Positions 1 through 9,880 of a stretch of DNA of 64,000 nucleotides are shown here, piece after piece. Both the position numbers and the translations under genes were made by a program. This DNA comes from an uncultured bacterium. GTDB lineage: Bacteria; Patescibacteriota; Kazan-3B-28. The stretch covers positions 134,330-198,329 of the forward strand of contig OY968788.1 of assembly GCA_963695435.1 (NCBI GenBank), written 5' to 3'. Numbering within the stretch: the stretch's first letter is position 1; every line of letters begins with the position of its first letter. The notes beneath the pieces are model-generated. The model searched no databases. It was not told the DNA's origin and saw only the letters and a list, made by a program, of their open reading frames with translations.

Positions 1-901
1 TTGCGACCGCAATCACAATAGTTTTACCAGAACCAACATCACCTTCAAGCAGTCGGTTGGTCGGTTTGGTGTCAGCCAAATCCTGCACGATTTCCCACAA
101 TGCTTTTTTCTGTCCGAGAGTTAACTGGTACGGCAGTTTGGTCAAAACTGATTTGATAAATTCAATGTCTTGAGGGATTGGTTCGGCCGATGATGATTTC
201 AAAAATTGTTTTACGCTTTGGATTGCCAGTTGAGTAAGCAAAAGTTCGTCAAATGCCAAACGGTCTTTGGCGGATTGCAGATATTCCAATGAAGCGGGGA
301 AGTGAAGATGAAGTAACGCTTCGGGGAGAGAGGGGAGGTTATATTCTTTCTTAATAAAGTCGGGGAGGTAGTCTTCGATTTGGCGAATAATTGGGGCAAG
401 GTTAGCGCAAAGTCGGCGGAAGATTTTGGTGGTGAGTTTTCCGCTTTCGGGATATATAGGGACAATGCGAAGACTGTGAACGGGCATGTCGGTAGCTCGT
501 TCGATTTCGGGACTGACTAAAGTGAGTTTGCCCGCTCGGCTTTCGACTTTGCCCGTAAGCAAATATTCCTCTCCATTTTTGAGAGTAGTGCGGAGGTAGG
601 GTTGATTGAACCAAATTACAGGTAGTACACCACTAGCATCATGGGCGACTGCTTGGGTTAGCATTATTCGTTTGACGGGGGAGCGGAAGGTGTTGGTACC
701 GGTCAGAGTGGCTCTGACAGTTCGCCTTTGACCGTCCGCGATGAGCTGGGCAATCGGGGTTAGTTGGGTCAGGTCTTCCCAAGCGCGGGGGAAGTAGTAA
801 ATCAGGTCCTCAACGGTCAAAATGCCCAAAACTGCCAACTGGGAGGTTAGGGCAGGACCTATTCGGGGGAGAGAGTCGAGACGGCTTGAGGGAGTAATCA
901 T
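1..901 (-). CDS. recG: ATP-dependent DNA helicase RecG (runs off window start)
   Basis: Manual translation from ATG 901: MITPSSRLDSLPRIGPALTSQLAVLGILTVEDLIYYFPRAWED...NRLLEGDVGSGKT. Absent from the ORF track because it is truncated. Confidence 0.93.
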   Translation of the reverse strand, partial: MITPSSRLDSLPRIGPALTSQLAVLGILTVEDLIYYFPRAWEDLTQLTPIAQLIADGQRRTVRATLTGTNTFRSPVKRIMLTQAVAHDASGVLPVIWFNQPYLRTTLKNGEEYLLTGKVESRAGKLTLVSPEIERATDMPVHSLRIVPIYPESGKLTTKIFRRLCANLAPIIRQIEDYLPDFIKKEYNLPSLPEALLHLHFPASLEYLQSAKDRLAFDELLLTQLAIQSVKQFLKSSSAEPIPQDIEFIKSVLTKLPYQLTLGQKKALWEIVQDLADTKPTNRLLEGDVGSGKTIVIAVA

Positions 902-914
902 AGTTTTTCTTTCC

Positions 915-976
915 GTCATTCCCGCGAAGGCGGGAATCTATTTTTCCTGGATCCTCTGGTCAAGCCAGAGGATGAC
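915..976. repeat. REP-like palindromic element (GTCAT...ATGAC family, dRS3-like core ATTCCC-N8-GGGAAT)
   Basis: gtcattcccgcgaaggcgggaatc...gatcctctggtcaagccagaggatgac; two internal hairpins. Confidence 0.8.
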
Positions 977-1080
977 AGACGGGGGCTATAGGAGGAAATG
1001 TGGCCGGGTTGCCCCCGAAAAGCGCCTTTGGCGCCTCGGGGCTGTATCCCAAGAAATACAGTCTGGGAGCGAGAAAACCC

Positions 1081-1109
1081 TTGACTGGAAGCCGATTTTA
1101 GAGTATACT
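1081..1109 (+). promoter_or_regulatory. sigma70-type promoter
   Basis: TTGACT-17 nt-TATACT. Confidence 0.65.
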
Positions 1110-1160
1110 TAAGTGAAATGAGCTTGGGGGGTGGCATATTTCTAAATATCCACCTGTCTT

Positions 1161-1334
1161 ATGAAAGTGTACCAAAAGATAATCGACTTTACGGGGATGG
1201 AGTTCAATCGGGAGAACCACCCAAGTTCCAGACTGCGTGAGCGGTCGGCTGATTATAAATCAAGAAAAGCATCAGGTAACAACAATGTTGCCCGCAATGT
1301 TCGAAGCATTTTCCAGAGCTTTTTAGGTTTCTAA
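1161..1334 (+). CDS. small hypothetical protein (57 aa)
   Basis: Open frame MKVYQKIIDFTGMEFNRENHPSSRLRERSADYKSRKASGNNNVARNVRSIFQSFLGF* downstream of a near-consensus promoter. Confidence 0.4.
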   Translation: MKVYQKIIDFTGMEFNRENHPSSRLRERSADYKSRKASGNNNVARNVRSIFQSFLGF

Positions 1335-1340
1335 AAAGGA

Positions 1341-1428
1341 TGTCATTCTGAACGAAGTGAAGAATCTATAAGATTCTTCCTTTTGTTTTAGATCCTTCGC
1401 CCCGATAAATCGGGACTCGAGGATGACA
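1341..1428. repeat. REP-like GTCAT...ATGAC element
   Basis: tgtcattctgaacgaagtgaagaatc...gatccttcgccccgataaatcgggactcgaggatgaca. Confidence 0.8.
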
Positions 1429-1431
1429 TTG

Positions 1432-2622
1432 CTATGTCAGTTTTAGGAAATTCCGTTTGCCGACTTGGAGGACCAAGTCGGTTTTTGGTTTCACGACAAA
1501 GCCGATATCAGTAATGGTGATGTCGCCTAGTTTTACCCCGCCCTGATGAATCAGTCGGCGAGCTTCAGAATTGGAACCTGCCAGTTTGTTTTTGACCAGC
1601 AAGTCTAAAATCGACATTGGTTTGGCAAGTTTTATTGTTTTGATGTCGCTTGGTGCGGAGTGTTTCTGGAAGACGGAGACGAAATCATTTTGAGCTTTAT
1701 CAGCTTCTTTTTTGCCGTGATACATCGAAACAATGGTGTGAGCCAACCGCATTTTCAAATCACGAGGGTTATTCTTTTTGTTCGCCAGTTCCTTTTTGAT
1801 TTTGGCGAGTTCCGCCGTGCTGACATTGGTTGCCAAATCAAAGTAGGTGTAAATGATGCTATCTGGAATAGACATCACTTTTCCGTACTGGCTTTTGGCA
1901 TCTTCGGTAATGCCGATGTAGTTATTCAAAGACTGACTCATTTTTTGGACGCCGTCAGTACCGACAAGGAGCGGAACAGCGATGATAGCTTGCGGAATTT
2001 GTCCAAAATCTTTCTGCAAATCTCTTCCTCGCATTTCATTGAAAAGCTGGTCGGTGCCAATTACGGTGGCATCATCTTTCAACATCACCGAATCGTATCC
2101 TTGCAAGATAGGATAGACCAATTCGTGGAAGCCAATCTCTTCGCCTTTTTTGATTCTCTTTTGGAACATATCTCGTTCAATCATTTGGGAGTGGGTGAAG
2201 TGCGACATTATTTTCAGCAAATCTTCGGCGGACATTTTATCGTGCCATTCGCTGTTGTAACGGATTTCAGTCTTTTTCGGATTTAATATGACCATTACTT
2301 GTTTCAGGTAATTGTTCGCTGACTTCAGTACTTCTGCTTTGGTGCGGAGTTTGCGGGATTGGTCGCGGTCAGTTGGGTCGCCAAAACGGCCGGTGAATCC
2401 GCCGATTAAAAATTGAACAGTGTGGCCGAGGTCCTGAAACTCGCGGAGCTTGTGATAGACCACGCCGTAGCCGATATGCAAATCGGGAGTGGTTGGGTCC
2501 ACGCCGTGTTTGATTTTCAGTTTTTTACCTGAAAGAAGTTTTGCGCGAAGCTCTTTTTCGCCAATCATTTTTTCAACTCGGCGAGAGAGCAGGGAATCGA
2601 TTACTTTTTTGTCTATTGCCAT
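1432..2622 (-). CDS. tyrS: tyrosine--tRNA ligase
   Basis: GVDPT..LHIGY, KMSQS, C-terminal S4-like domain. Confidence 0.97.
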   Translation of the reverse strand: MAIDKKVIDSLLSRRVEKMIGEKELRAKLLSGKKLKIKHGVDPTTPDLHIGYGVVYHKLREFQDLGHTVQFLIGGFTGRFGDPTDRDQSRKLRTKAEVLKSANNYLKQVMVILNPKKTEIRYNSEWHDKMSAEDLLKIMSHFTHSQMIERDMFQKRIKKGEEIGFHELVYPILQGYDSVMLKDDATVIGTDQLFNEMRGRDLQKDFGQIPQAIIAVPLLVGTDGVQKMSQSLNNYIGITEDAKSQYGKVMSIPDSIIYTYFDLATNVSTAELAKIKKELANKKNNPRDLKMRLAHTIVSMYHGKKEADKAQNDFVSVFQKHSAPSDIKTIKLAKPMSILDLLVKNKLAGSNSEARRLIHQGGVKLGDITITDIGFVVKPKTDLVLQVGKRNFLKLT

Positions 2623-2670
2623 AAAGATATTGTATCACCCCAAGATTAGAGAATAGAGAGTAGAGAGTGG

Positions 2671-2747
2671 TGTCATCCTCGAGGTCGCCTAGGCGACCGA
2701 AGGATCTAAAATATCTTTCATAGATTCTTCCTAGCGTCAGAATGACA
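2671..2747. repeat. REP-like GTCAT...ATGAC element
   Basis: tgtcatcctcgaggtcgcctaggcgaccgaaggatc...gattcttcctagcgtcagaatgaca. Confidence 0.8.
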
Positions 2748-2832
2748 AAGTAAGGGGGCGGGAATGACAAAAAATGAGGTCGGGAGACAGGGCGGGTAAA
2801 TGGTATAATAGGGGTCGTATCAGGTTAGAAAT

Positions 2833-5388
2833 ATGAGTGAACTCATGCCGTTTGGTCCCAGACACGAGATAGATAAGATTCGCCGTCAAATGAAGGCGCG
2901 GTCTTTGGGTAGAAAAGCAAAGAAGAGGGTTTTCACTTTTCTGTCTCGGTATGGCATCAATACTCCGCCAAAGTTGTTTTTGGCGGGGTTTATCGCCGTT
3001 CTTTTTGTATTCAGTTTCACGATGGCGGTGGTTTCAGTTGGACTTCCGAACCCTGCTAGATTGGTAATTTATGCGGCGACTGATTCGACTAAAGTATTCG
3101 ATCGTGACGGTGCCGTACTTTATGACATCTCAAACGGGAAAAACCGCACAACGATTCCTTTTGAGCAAATGCCTGAAGATTTGAAGAATGCAACTATCGC
3201 TATTGAGGATAAAGATTTTTATCATCACAACGGTTTTGATATCAAAGGATTTTTGCGCGGGACAATTTTGAAACCACTTGCGGGGCAAGGTTTTCAGGGT
3301 GGCTCAACAATTACCCAGCAGTTTGTGAAAAATGCGTTGTTAAGTTCGGAGAGAAGTGTCTTACGCAAAGCGCGAGAATTGATTTTGGCATTTGAGTTGG
3401 AAGCGGTTTATTCCAAAGATAAGATTTTGGAATTGTATTTGAATGAGATTCCATACGGCAGCGGGGCATACGGGGCGCAACAGGCGGCTAAAATGTATTT
3501 TGGGAAAGATGCCAAGGATATTAATTTAGCAGAAGCAGCGGTGTTGGCGGCGTTGCCGCAAGCACCGGGGAGATATTCCCCTTACGGACAAAATCCGGAT
3601 TTGCTGATGTTGCGTAAAGATTTGGTTTTGGCGCAGATGGAAAAGCAGGGCTACATCACCAAGGCGGAGGAGGTGGATGCCAAAAAGACGGAAATAAAGT
3701 TTCAACCTCGGAGGGATTCGATTCGCGCTCCTCATTTTGTAATGTATGTAAAAGAATTGTTGGCGGCGAAGTATGGCGAAAAGGTGTTGGAAGAGGGTGG
3801 ACTGCAAATCACCACTACATTAGATATTGATAAACAAAAGGCGGCGGAAGATACAATCGCTAATTTAGCGGAATCCAACAAAACGAAATACAACGCAGGC
3901 AACGCGGCGTTAGTTTCAATCGATCCAAATACGGGAGAGATTTTGGCGATGGTGGGGAGTAAAGATTATTTTGATATGGAGGCGGAAGGAAATGTAAATG
4001 TGGCAATTCGTGAACGGCAACCTGGTTCGTCTATCAAACCGCTTGTTTATGCCACTGCGTTCAAAAAAGATTATGCTCCTGCAACAATGCTGGTGGATGT
4101 GTCCACTGATTTTGGTCAGGGGTATCGGCCACGCAACTATGACGGAGGTTTTCGCGGACCGATTTCTGCTCGGGAGGCGTTGGGCAACTCTATCAACGTT
4201 CCTGCGGTAAAGACATTGGCGTATGCGGGGGTGCAGGACACGATTGATACTGCGCATGATATGGGAATCACTACGCTAAACGGCGGAGCAGACAGATACG
4301 GACTTTCGCTCACATTGGGAGGCGGAGAAGTTACTTTGTTTGATTTGACTCGCGCGTATGGTGTGTTTGCGACGGGCGGAAATCTGACACCGACAATGGC
4401 AGTTTTGAAAGTGACGGACAAATTTGGTCATGTGTTGGAAGAAAACGAACCTGAAAAATCTAAGCAAGTTTTGGATCCGCAGGTGGCGTATTTAATAAAT
4501 AGTATTTTGTCGGATGACAGTGCGCGCGCTCGAGTATTTGGAATGGGCGGGCTACTGACGTTGCCTGGCAGAACAGTTGCGGCGAAGACGGGTACAACAA
4601 ACGATTACAAAGATGGTTGGACAATAGGCTACACTCCTGATTTGGTGACAGGAGTTTGGGCGGGGAATAATCACAACGAAGAAATGACTGCCTCATCAGC
4701 AATGGTGGCGGCGCCAATGTGGAATAGATATATGAAGTTGGCACTGGCTGGTGTACCAAATAAATCTTTCAGCAGACCTGATGGAATTTCGGATGTGATG
4801 GTGGATGCCTTGTCGGGCAAGTTGCCGGTTGAAGGTGTGACGCCAACAACAAAGTCAGAAGTGTTTGCGAGCTGGAGCGTACCGAAAGAAATGGACAATG
4901 TGCATGTGGTGAAAAAAGTAATGAAGAGCGACACCAGCAAATTAGCACCAGCAAATGCACCTGCGGAATTAACTGAAGATAAAGTATTTACTGTAATTCA
5001 TTCGGAACGGCCGAGTAGTTCAAATTGGGAAGGTCCAGTTCTGGCATGGGCGGCGGCAAATGGATATAACAATGTCCCAACGGAAACTTATTCTGGTTCG
5101 ATGGATGGGAGTGCGACGGCGGAAATTACTTTGACGAATCCGATAGAGGGGGCAACGGTTACGGGAGATTTGTTAGTTTCAGCGAGTGTTAGAGCGGGGG
5201 TAGGTGTGAAGAGAGTTGAGTTTTATTATGATAATTCGCTGAAAGGACAGGTGACAGGAGCGCCGTATCAATTTACGATTAAAGCTCCCAAGCAAGACGG
5301 GAAGACACATACCGTTAGGGTTAGATTGCTCAAGGCTGATAATAGTACTGCAGAGGATAGTGTAAGTATTGTTGCTGGTGGAGGATAA
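2833..5388 (+). CDS. class A penicillin-binding protein (PBP1A family) with C-terminal Ig-like domain
   Basis: EDKDFYHHNG, GGSTITQQ, RKARE (transglycosylase); SSIK, SIN, KTG (transpeptidase). Confidence 0.95.
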   Translation: MSELMPFGPRHEIDKIRRQMKARSLGRKAKKRVFTFLSRYGINTPPKLFLAGFIAVLFVFSFTMAVVSVGLPNPARLVIYAATDSTKVFDRDGAVLYDISNGKNRTTIPFEQMPEDLKNATIAIEDKDFYHHNGFDIKGFLRGTILKPLAGQGFQGGSTITQQFVKNALLSSERSVLRKARELILAFELEAVYSKDKILELYLNEIPYGSGAYGAQQAAKMYFGKDAKDINLAEAAVLAALPQAPGRYSPYGQNPDLLMLRKDLVLAQMEKQGYITKAEEVDAKKTEIKFQPRRDSIRAPHFVMYVKELLAAKYGEKVLEEGGLQITTTLDIDKQKAAEDTIANLAESNKTKYNAGNAALVSIDPNTGEILAMVGSKDYFDMEAEGNVNVAIRERQPGSSIKPLVYATAFKKDYAPATMLVDVSTDFGQGYRPRNYDGGFRGPISAREALGNSINVPAVKTLAYAGVQDTIDTAHDMGITTLNGGADRYGLSLTLGGGEVTLFDLTRAYGVFATGGNLTPTMAVLKVTDKFGHVLEENEPEKSKQVLDPQVAYLINSILSDDSARARVFGMGGLLTLPGRTVAAKTGTTNDYKDGWTIGYTPDLVTGVWAGNNHNEEMTASSAMVAAPMWNRYMKLALAGVPNKSFSRPDGISDVMVDALSGKLPVEGVTPTTKSEVFASWSVPKEMDNVHVVKKVMKSDTSKLAPANAPAELTEDKVFTVIHSERPSSSNWEGPVLAWAAANGYNNVPTETYSGSMDGSATAEITLTNPIEGATVTGDLLVSASVRAGVGVKRVEFYYDNSLKGQVTGAPYQFTIKAPKQDGKTHTVRVRLLKADNSTAEDSVSIVAGGG

Positions 5389-5448
5389 CGCCGTTTTTTG
5401 TTTTTTATTCTTTTTCTTTTTTGTCATTCCAGCGAAGGCTGGAATCTA

Positions 5449-5660
5449 TTTTTATTTAATTGTTTTGAAGCGCCGAATCGCGCTTCAGCGATTGTTACTT
5501 TCCGCTTGAGGAAAGTAACCAAAGTCGCTCGCCAGTCGCTTTCACTCTGAATCTCCCAAAATCCTCTCCATCTGCTTATCACCAAACTCGCTACGCTCAG
5601 ACATGGGCACGCTGATTGGAGGGATTTTGGGGATTCAGTACGCTCAAGCTCCAATGGCGG
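5449..5660. repeat. structured intergenic element, GTTACTTT/AAAGTAAC family, copy 1
   Basis: 5449-5530 identical to 43974-44055; nested stems; preceded by REP half-site at 5422-5446. Confidence 0.8.
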
Positions 5661-5711
5661 AAATAAAAGAGGATTGATACACTAATGGTGTAATAATTAT
5701 ATTATTGACAA

Positions 5712-5729
5712 TATAACAATTTTGTTATA
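5712..5729. promoter_or_regulatory. putative TA operator
   Basis: TATAACAA-tt-TTGTTATA inverted repeat just upstream of the toxin ATG, next to TTGACA. Confidence 0.55.
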
Positions 5730-5731
5730 CT

Positions 5732-6034
5732 ATGAAAATAGAGCTGAAAGTTTTAGAATATGTTGCAGATTTTTTGGATGACTTACCAGTGGAGTTATAC
5801 GCTAGATGTGTAAAGAAGTTGAAGCTTTTTGAAGAATTTGGCTTTTTATTGTCAAAGACTGATCTAAAGAAGATCAATAAAAATATTTGGGAGTTGCGTC
5901 CGGGGGACATCAGAATTCTAATAGGTAAAGCGAAGGGCTGTATGTGGGCATTACACGCATTTCCCAAGACAAGTCAGAAAACGCCTATAAAAGAGATTAA
6001 GTTGGCAGACAAACGTTTAAGAGAATTAAGATGA
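5732..6034 (+). CDS. RelE/HigB (Gp49-like) toxin
   Basis: KKINKNIWELR..IRIL..LHAFPKTSQKTP signature; upstream of an HTH gene. Confidence 0.85.
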   Translation: MKIELKVLEYVADFLDDLPVELYARCVKKLKLFEEFGFLLSKTDLKKINKNIWELRPGDIRILIGKAKGCMWALHAFPKTSQKTPIKEIKLADKRLRELR

Positions 6035-6330
6035 GCAAGAAAAAATTCTACACAGTTAGTGAGATAGAAAAGAGAGCGATGAAGAGTCCGAGTTTTCGTC
6101 GGGCTTACGAAGCATTAGAGCCCGAGTATCAAATTGCTAGGGCGGTAATACAGGCGCGTCACAAAAAGGGGATGACGCAAGGAGAATTGGCTCGAAAGGC
6201 GGGAACTAAGCAACCTGTTATTGCGCGTTTGGAGAGCATGAAGAGCCCTGCTTCTTCCAAGAGTATGGGGCGAATTGCTCATGCACTTGATCTTCGCTGG
6301 GAACTAAAGTTAGTGCCGAAGACCAGATAA
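6031..6330 (+). CDS. XRE-HTH antitoxin (HigA-like)
   Basis: ARHKKGMTQGELARKAGTKQPVIARLE; ATGA overlap with the toxin. Confidence 0.88.
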   Translation: MSKKKFYTVSEIEKRAMKSPSFRRAYEALEPEYQIARAVIQARHKKGMTQGELARKAGTKQPVIARLESMKSPASSKSMGRIAHALDLRWELKLVPKTR

Positions 6331-6512
6331 CGGTTCTCTTTAGGTCACTAGGTCACTAATGGACTTATGGTCTGTCTATTTGTCTATGAGTCTATTGTCT
6401 ATTATTCTACCCTTGCTATATCTTATCCAAGCTGTTAGAGTGGGCACACACAATCCTGCTGTCCAGCAGGATTAGTGGATAAATATAATAGACTAATTCA
6501 AGGAGAAATATC

Positions 6513-6716
6513 ATGAATGATGATATGAATACCCCATTGGATCCAATGGCTGATCAGATGAAGTCTGAAGATGCCGATGCAGTAACTCCAGCAACTCCAG
6601 TCAGCGATGATGCTGAAATGGATGCTGAAGTGGTCGCCGAAGATGGCGAAGCCGAGGCTCCAGTAGCTCCAGTAGTGGAGGATAAGGAAGTCTCAGATGA
6701 GGAAGCTGCCGCGTAG
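6513..6716 (+). CDS. small acidic low-complexity protein
   Basis: SD AAGGAG, D/E/A/P-rich 67 aa, followed by a terminator. Confidence 0.7.
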   Translation: MNDDMNTPLDPMADQMKSEDADAVTPATPVSDDAEMDAEVVAEDGEAEAPVAPVVEDKEVSDEEAAA

Positions 6717-6735
6717 GTTTTAGGTAGTTTTAGGG

Positions 6736-6764
6736 AAAAACCGAGGTGGGAGCCTCGGTTTTTT
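6736..6764 (+). terminator. intrinsic terminator
   Basis: aaaaaccgagg-tgggag-cctcggtttttt. Confidence 0.7.
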
Positions 6765-6816
6765 GTATAGATTTTTTTGTTTTCTTGTCCTCGGGCTTGA
6801 CCCGGGGATCCAAACA

Positions 6817-7036
6817 TTTTTTTATTTAGTTTTTCAAGGGTCTGCGCGACCCTTGTACCGCGGTTACTTTCCGCTTGAGGAAAGTAACCAAAGTCGCTTG
6901 CCCACGTCGTCGGAACTATCAATTGGCAAAAATCATCTTTCCGCTAATGGTCGAAACTCGGTCGTAGCCACTCCCTCAAACATCTCCCCGCGGCGATGAT
7001 TTTACTCAATTGATTACATTCCTCCTCCTATGGCAG
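6817..7036. repeat. GTTACTTT/AAAGTAAC structured element, copy 2
   Basis: gttactttccgcttgaggaaagtaaccaaagtcgct shared with copies 1 and 4; same downstream architecture; preceded by REP half-site at 6786-6811. Confidence 0.75.
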
Positions 7037-7098
7037 GGGAAGTTGACTGAGGGGAGGATTACTGATATAAGGGATATTATAGTAAACTGAATTAGGAC

Positions 7099-7437
7099 AT
7101 GAATTACTTTAAAGTTCTTCGCGACAAACTGGCTCGGATGCTATCAGAGCTGGTTTCAACGCAGGATATGGTTCCTAGAGAGCTCGCTGATTTACACGAG
7201 TATTTTAGGCTATATGGTCCTCTAGAGTTTGACTACTACAAGAGTGAAGATGGCTGGGTGGCTGTTAGTAAAAACTTTCGATATGGGAGCATTGTTGCAA
7301 ATGGGCGTACTGATAAAGAGCTAGAAAAAAATATTCCTGATGCGATTATGACAATGTTTGATTTGCCGTCTTCGTATGCCAAGGAGGCAAAGCTACATAG
7401 AGTTGGGGATTACAAAAAGGGGTATGCCTTCGCTTAG
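7099..7437 (+). CDS. HicB-like antitoxin
   Basis: SEDGWVAV..IVANGRTDKELEKNIPDAI resembles the HicB N-domain; overlaps a HicA-like gene. Confidence 0.6.
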   Translation: MNYFKVLRDKLARMLSELVSTQDMVPRELADLHEYFRLYGPLEFDYYKSEDGWVAVSKNFRYGSIVANGRTDKELEKNIPDAIMTMFDLPSSYAKEAKLHRVGDYKKGYAFA

Positions 7438-7675
7438 TGAACTGCCGAGTGATATAAAAAGACCTAAACTTATTAGGGCTCTTAGTAGGGTTGGTTTTGA
7501 CATAAGTACACGAGGTGGCAACGGGACACATTATAAGGCTACTTGGCCCGTCACCCAGAAAGCCTTTTCTATCCCTATTAGATTAGATAAACAAACGCTT
7601 TATTACCTGTTGAAAGAGATTCAGATAGTCACAGGCGGTCAGGTTGATTGGGATACCATAAAAAACAATTTGTGA
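7424..7675 (+). CDS. HicA-like mRNA interferase
   Basis: From ATG 7424: KLIRALSRVGFDISTRGGNGTHYK (GxH motif). Confidence 0.7.
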   Translation: MPSLSELPSDIKRPKLIRALSRVGFDISTRGGNGTHYKATWPVTQKAFSIPIRLDKQTLYYLLKEIQIVTGGQVDWDTIKNNL

Positions 7676-7719
7676 TACGACTTTACTAGGCGAGTTTTGG
7701 GGTGGGGTATAATCTAGAC

Positions 7720-8379
7720 ATGAGCCAGCTCCCAGCAATACAAATTGTTTCTAAACAGCGAGTCTCTGATCACGGAGAGGTTTTTACATCCGAGAGGGAG
7801 GTAAACGCGATGCTTGATCTCGTAAAGCAGGAAACGGAGCGTATAGACTCACGTTTTCTTGAGCCGGCCTGCGGGACTGGTAACTTTTTAGTCGAGATTT
7901 TAAAAAGAAAGTTAGAAATAGTTAAAGGACGATATTCAAAGAACCAGATCGAATTCGAGCGTTATTCGGTCATCGCAATCTCGAGTATCTATGGAGTGGA
8001 CATCTTAGAGGACAATGTTATTGCATGTCGAGAGAGACTATATTCTGTTTTCGATGAGCACTATAACTCACTTTATACGGATAGGTGTAAAAAGGAATGC
8101 AAAGTAGCCGTCAGATTTATCTTGTCTCGAAATATATTATGGGGTGATGCCTTGACTTTTAAAGAGCCAAACGAAGAGGCTCGGCCAATTATTTTTTCTG
8201 AATGGAGCGCGGTAAACGGCAATCTGATCAAGAGGCGGGATTATACATTGGCTAATCTTCTTGAGAATCGGTCTCCCGAGGAAGGGACTTTGTTCTCTGA
8301 TATGGGGGACCGAGCTTTTGTTCCTAGACCAATTGCAGATTTCCCTTTGACACACTTTTTAGGCCTTGGAGTAGAATGA
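7720..8379 (+). CDS. SAM-binding DNA methyltransferase subunit (no catalytic NPPY)
   Basis: GEVFT, FLEPACGTGNF, YGVDI, GDAL; ATG 7720 lies 6 nt after TATAAT. Confidence 0.8.
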   Translation: MSQLPAIQIVSKQRVSDHGEVFTSEREVNAMLDLVKQETERIDSRFLEPACGTGNFLVEILKRKLEIVKGRYSKNQIEFERYSVIAISSIYGVDILEDNVIACRERLYSVFDEHYNSLYTDRCKKECKVAVRFILSRNILWGDALTFKEPNEEARPIIFSEWSAVNGNLIKRRDYTLANLLENRSPEEGTLFSDMGDRAFVPRPIADFPLTHFLGLGVE

Positions 8380-9875
8380 TGCAGACAAGTTATAACCCAG
8401 ACGTATTATCCTGTCTTGCCAACCTAAGTAATGATGAAGTTTTCACTTCACCAGCACTAGTAAATCAGATTCTAGACCTGCTGCCGAGTGATTTGTGGCA
8501 GAATAAGGGGGCTAAGTTCCTTGACCCGGTTACTAAATCAGGTGTGTTCCTAAGGGAAATTGCCTCTCGTTTAATTGTTGGTCTGGAAAAAGAAATCCCA
8601 GATCTACAAAAACGCATAAACCACATTTATCAAAATCAGCTTTATGGCGTCTCTATCACCGAACTCACCTCGTTTTTATCTCGCCGAAGCGTTTATTGCT
8701 CAAAGACAGCCAAAGGCAAGTACTCAGTTTGTGATAATTTCAAAAATGAACAAGGTAATATCATCTTTGACCGCATAGAGCACGCATGGATGAATGGAAA
8801 ATGTAAGTACTGTAATGCGAGCCAATCACTACACGATAGAGGTGAACTATTAGAAACTCATGCATATCAATTTATTCATACAAATGAACCAAATAAAATA
8901 TTTAATAATATGAAATTTGATGTAATCGTAGGTAATCCACCCTATCAGTTAAATGATGCTGGTGCACAATCTAGCGCAAGCCCGATTTATCATTATTTTG
9001 TCGAGCAGGCTATTAAGCTGAAACCTCAATATCTTTCAATGATTATTCCTGCTCGCTGGTATTCGGGCGGAAAGGGGCTTGATGATTTTAGAAGTAAAAT
9101 GTTGAATGATGAGAGGATCTCTGAAATTCATGATTATCCAGAGACTTCTGATTGTTTTCCGGGATTGAATATTAGAGGTGGTGTTTGTTATTTTCTTTGG
9201 GATAAGGAGCATACCGGTAAGTGTAAAGTGACTACGCATAAATCTGGAACTGTTGGAAAAACAGTTGAACGATCTTTGTTGGAGAAAGGTAGAGATGTGT
9301 TCATTAGATACAATGAGGCAATAAACATTTTACGGAAAGTTCAAGCATCAGATGAAGATTCTTTTTCAAGCTACGTCAGCGTTCGCAAGCCTTTTGGTTT
9401 ATCAACTGACACTAAGGGTAGGCCAGAACATTTTAAAGATAGCGTAAAGCTCTATCAAAATGGTGGGGTTGGGTATATCAAAAGGTCAGAAGTGGCAAAA
9501 AATGCTGGGTGGATAGATAAAACCAAGGTAATAGTTCCATATTCTAGTCCCGGGGACGATTCGTATCCACATTTGATTTTAAGTAAACCGATTATTGCTG
9601 AGACTAACTCATGCAGTACGGAAACCTATTTAGTTGTGGGTCCTTTTGACTCGAAACTTACATGCGAAAACGTAAGCTCTTACCTTAAAACTAGATTTGT
9701 AAGATTCTTAATACTTCTTCTTAAGCCGACTCAGCACGTTACCCAGAAAACATATGGCTTTGTCCCTGTCCAAAATTTTAAAGAAAAATGGACGGATGAA
9801 AAATTGTATAAGAAGTATGGTATCACGCAAGACGAAGTCAAATTTATAGAGTCGCTGATTCGGCCGATGGATTAA
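8376..9875 (+). CDS. Eco57I-like N6-adenine DNA methyltransferase
   Basis: DEVFT, LDPVTKSGVF, FDVIVGNPPY, MIIPARW, C-terminal TRD-like region. Confidence 0.88.
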   Translation: MMQTSYNPDVLSCLANLSNDEVFTSPALVNQILDLLPSDLWQNKGAKFLDPVTKSGVFLREIASRLIVGLEKEIPDLQKRINHIYQNQLYGVSITELTSFLSRRSVYCSKTAKGKYSVCDNFKNEQGNIIFDRIEHAWMNGKCKYCNASQSLHDRGELLETHAYQFIHTNEPNKIFNNMKFDVIVGNPPYQLNDAGAQSSASPIYHYFVEQAIKLKPQYLSMIIPARWYSGGKGLDDFRSKMLNDERISEIHDYPETSDCFPGLNIRGGVCYFLWDKEHTGKCKVTTHKSGTVGKTVERSLLEKGRDVFIRYNEAINILRKVQASDEDSFSSYVSVRKPFGLSTDTKGRPEHFKDSVKLYQNGGVGYIKRSEVAKNAGWIDKTKVIVPYSSPGDDSYPHLILSKPIIAETNSCSTETYLVVGPFDSKLTCENVSSYLKTRFVRFLILLLKPTQHVTQKTYGFVPVQNFKEKWTDEKLYKKYGITQDEVKFIESLIRPMD

Positions 9876-9880
9876 TTAAA

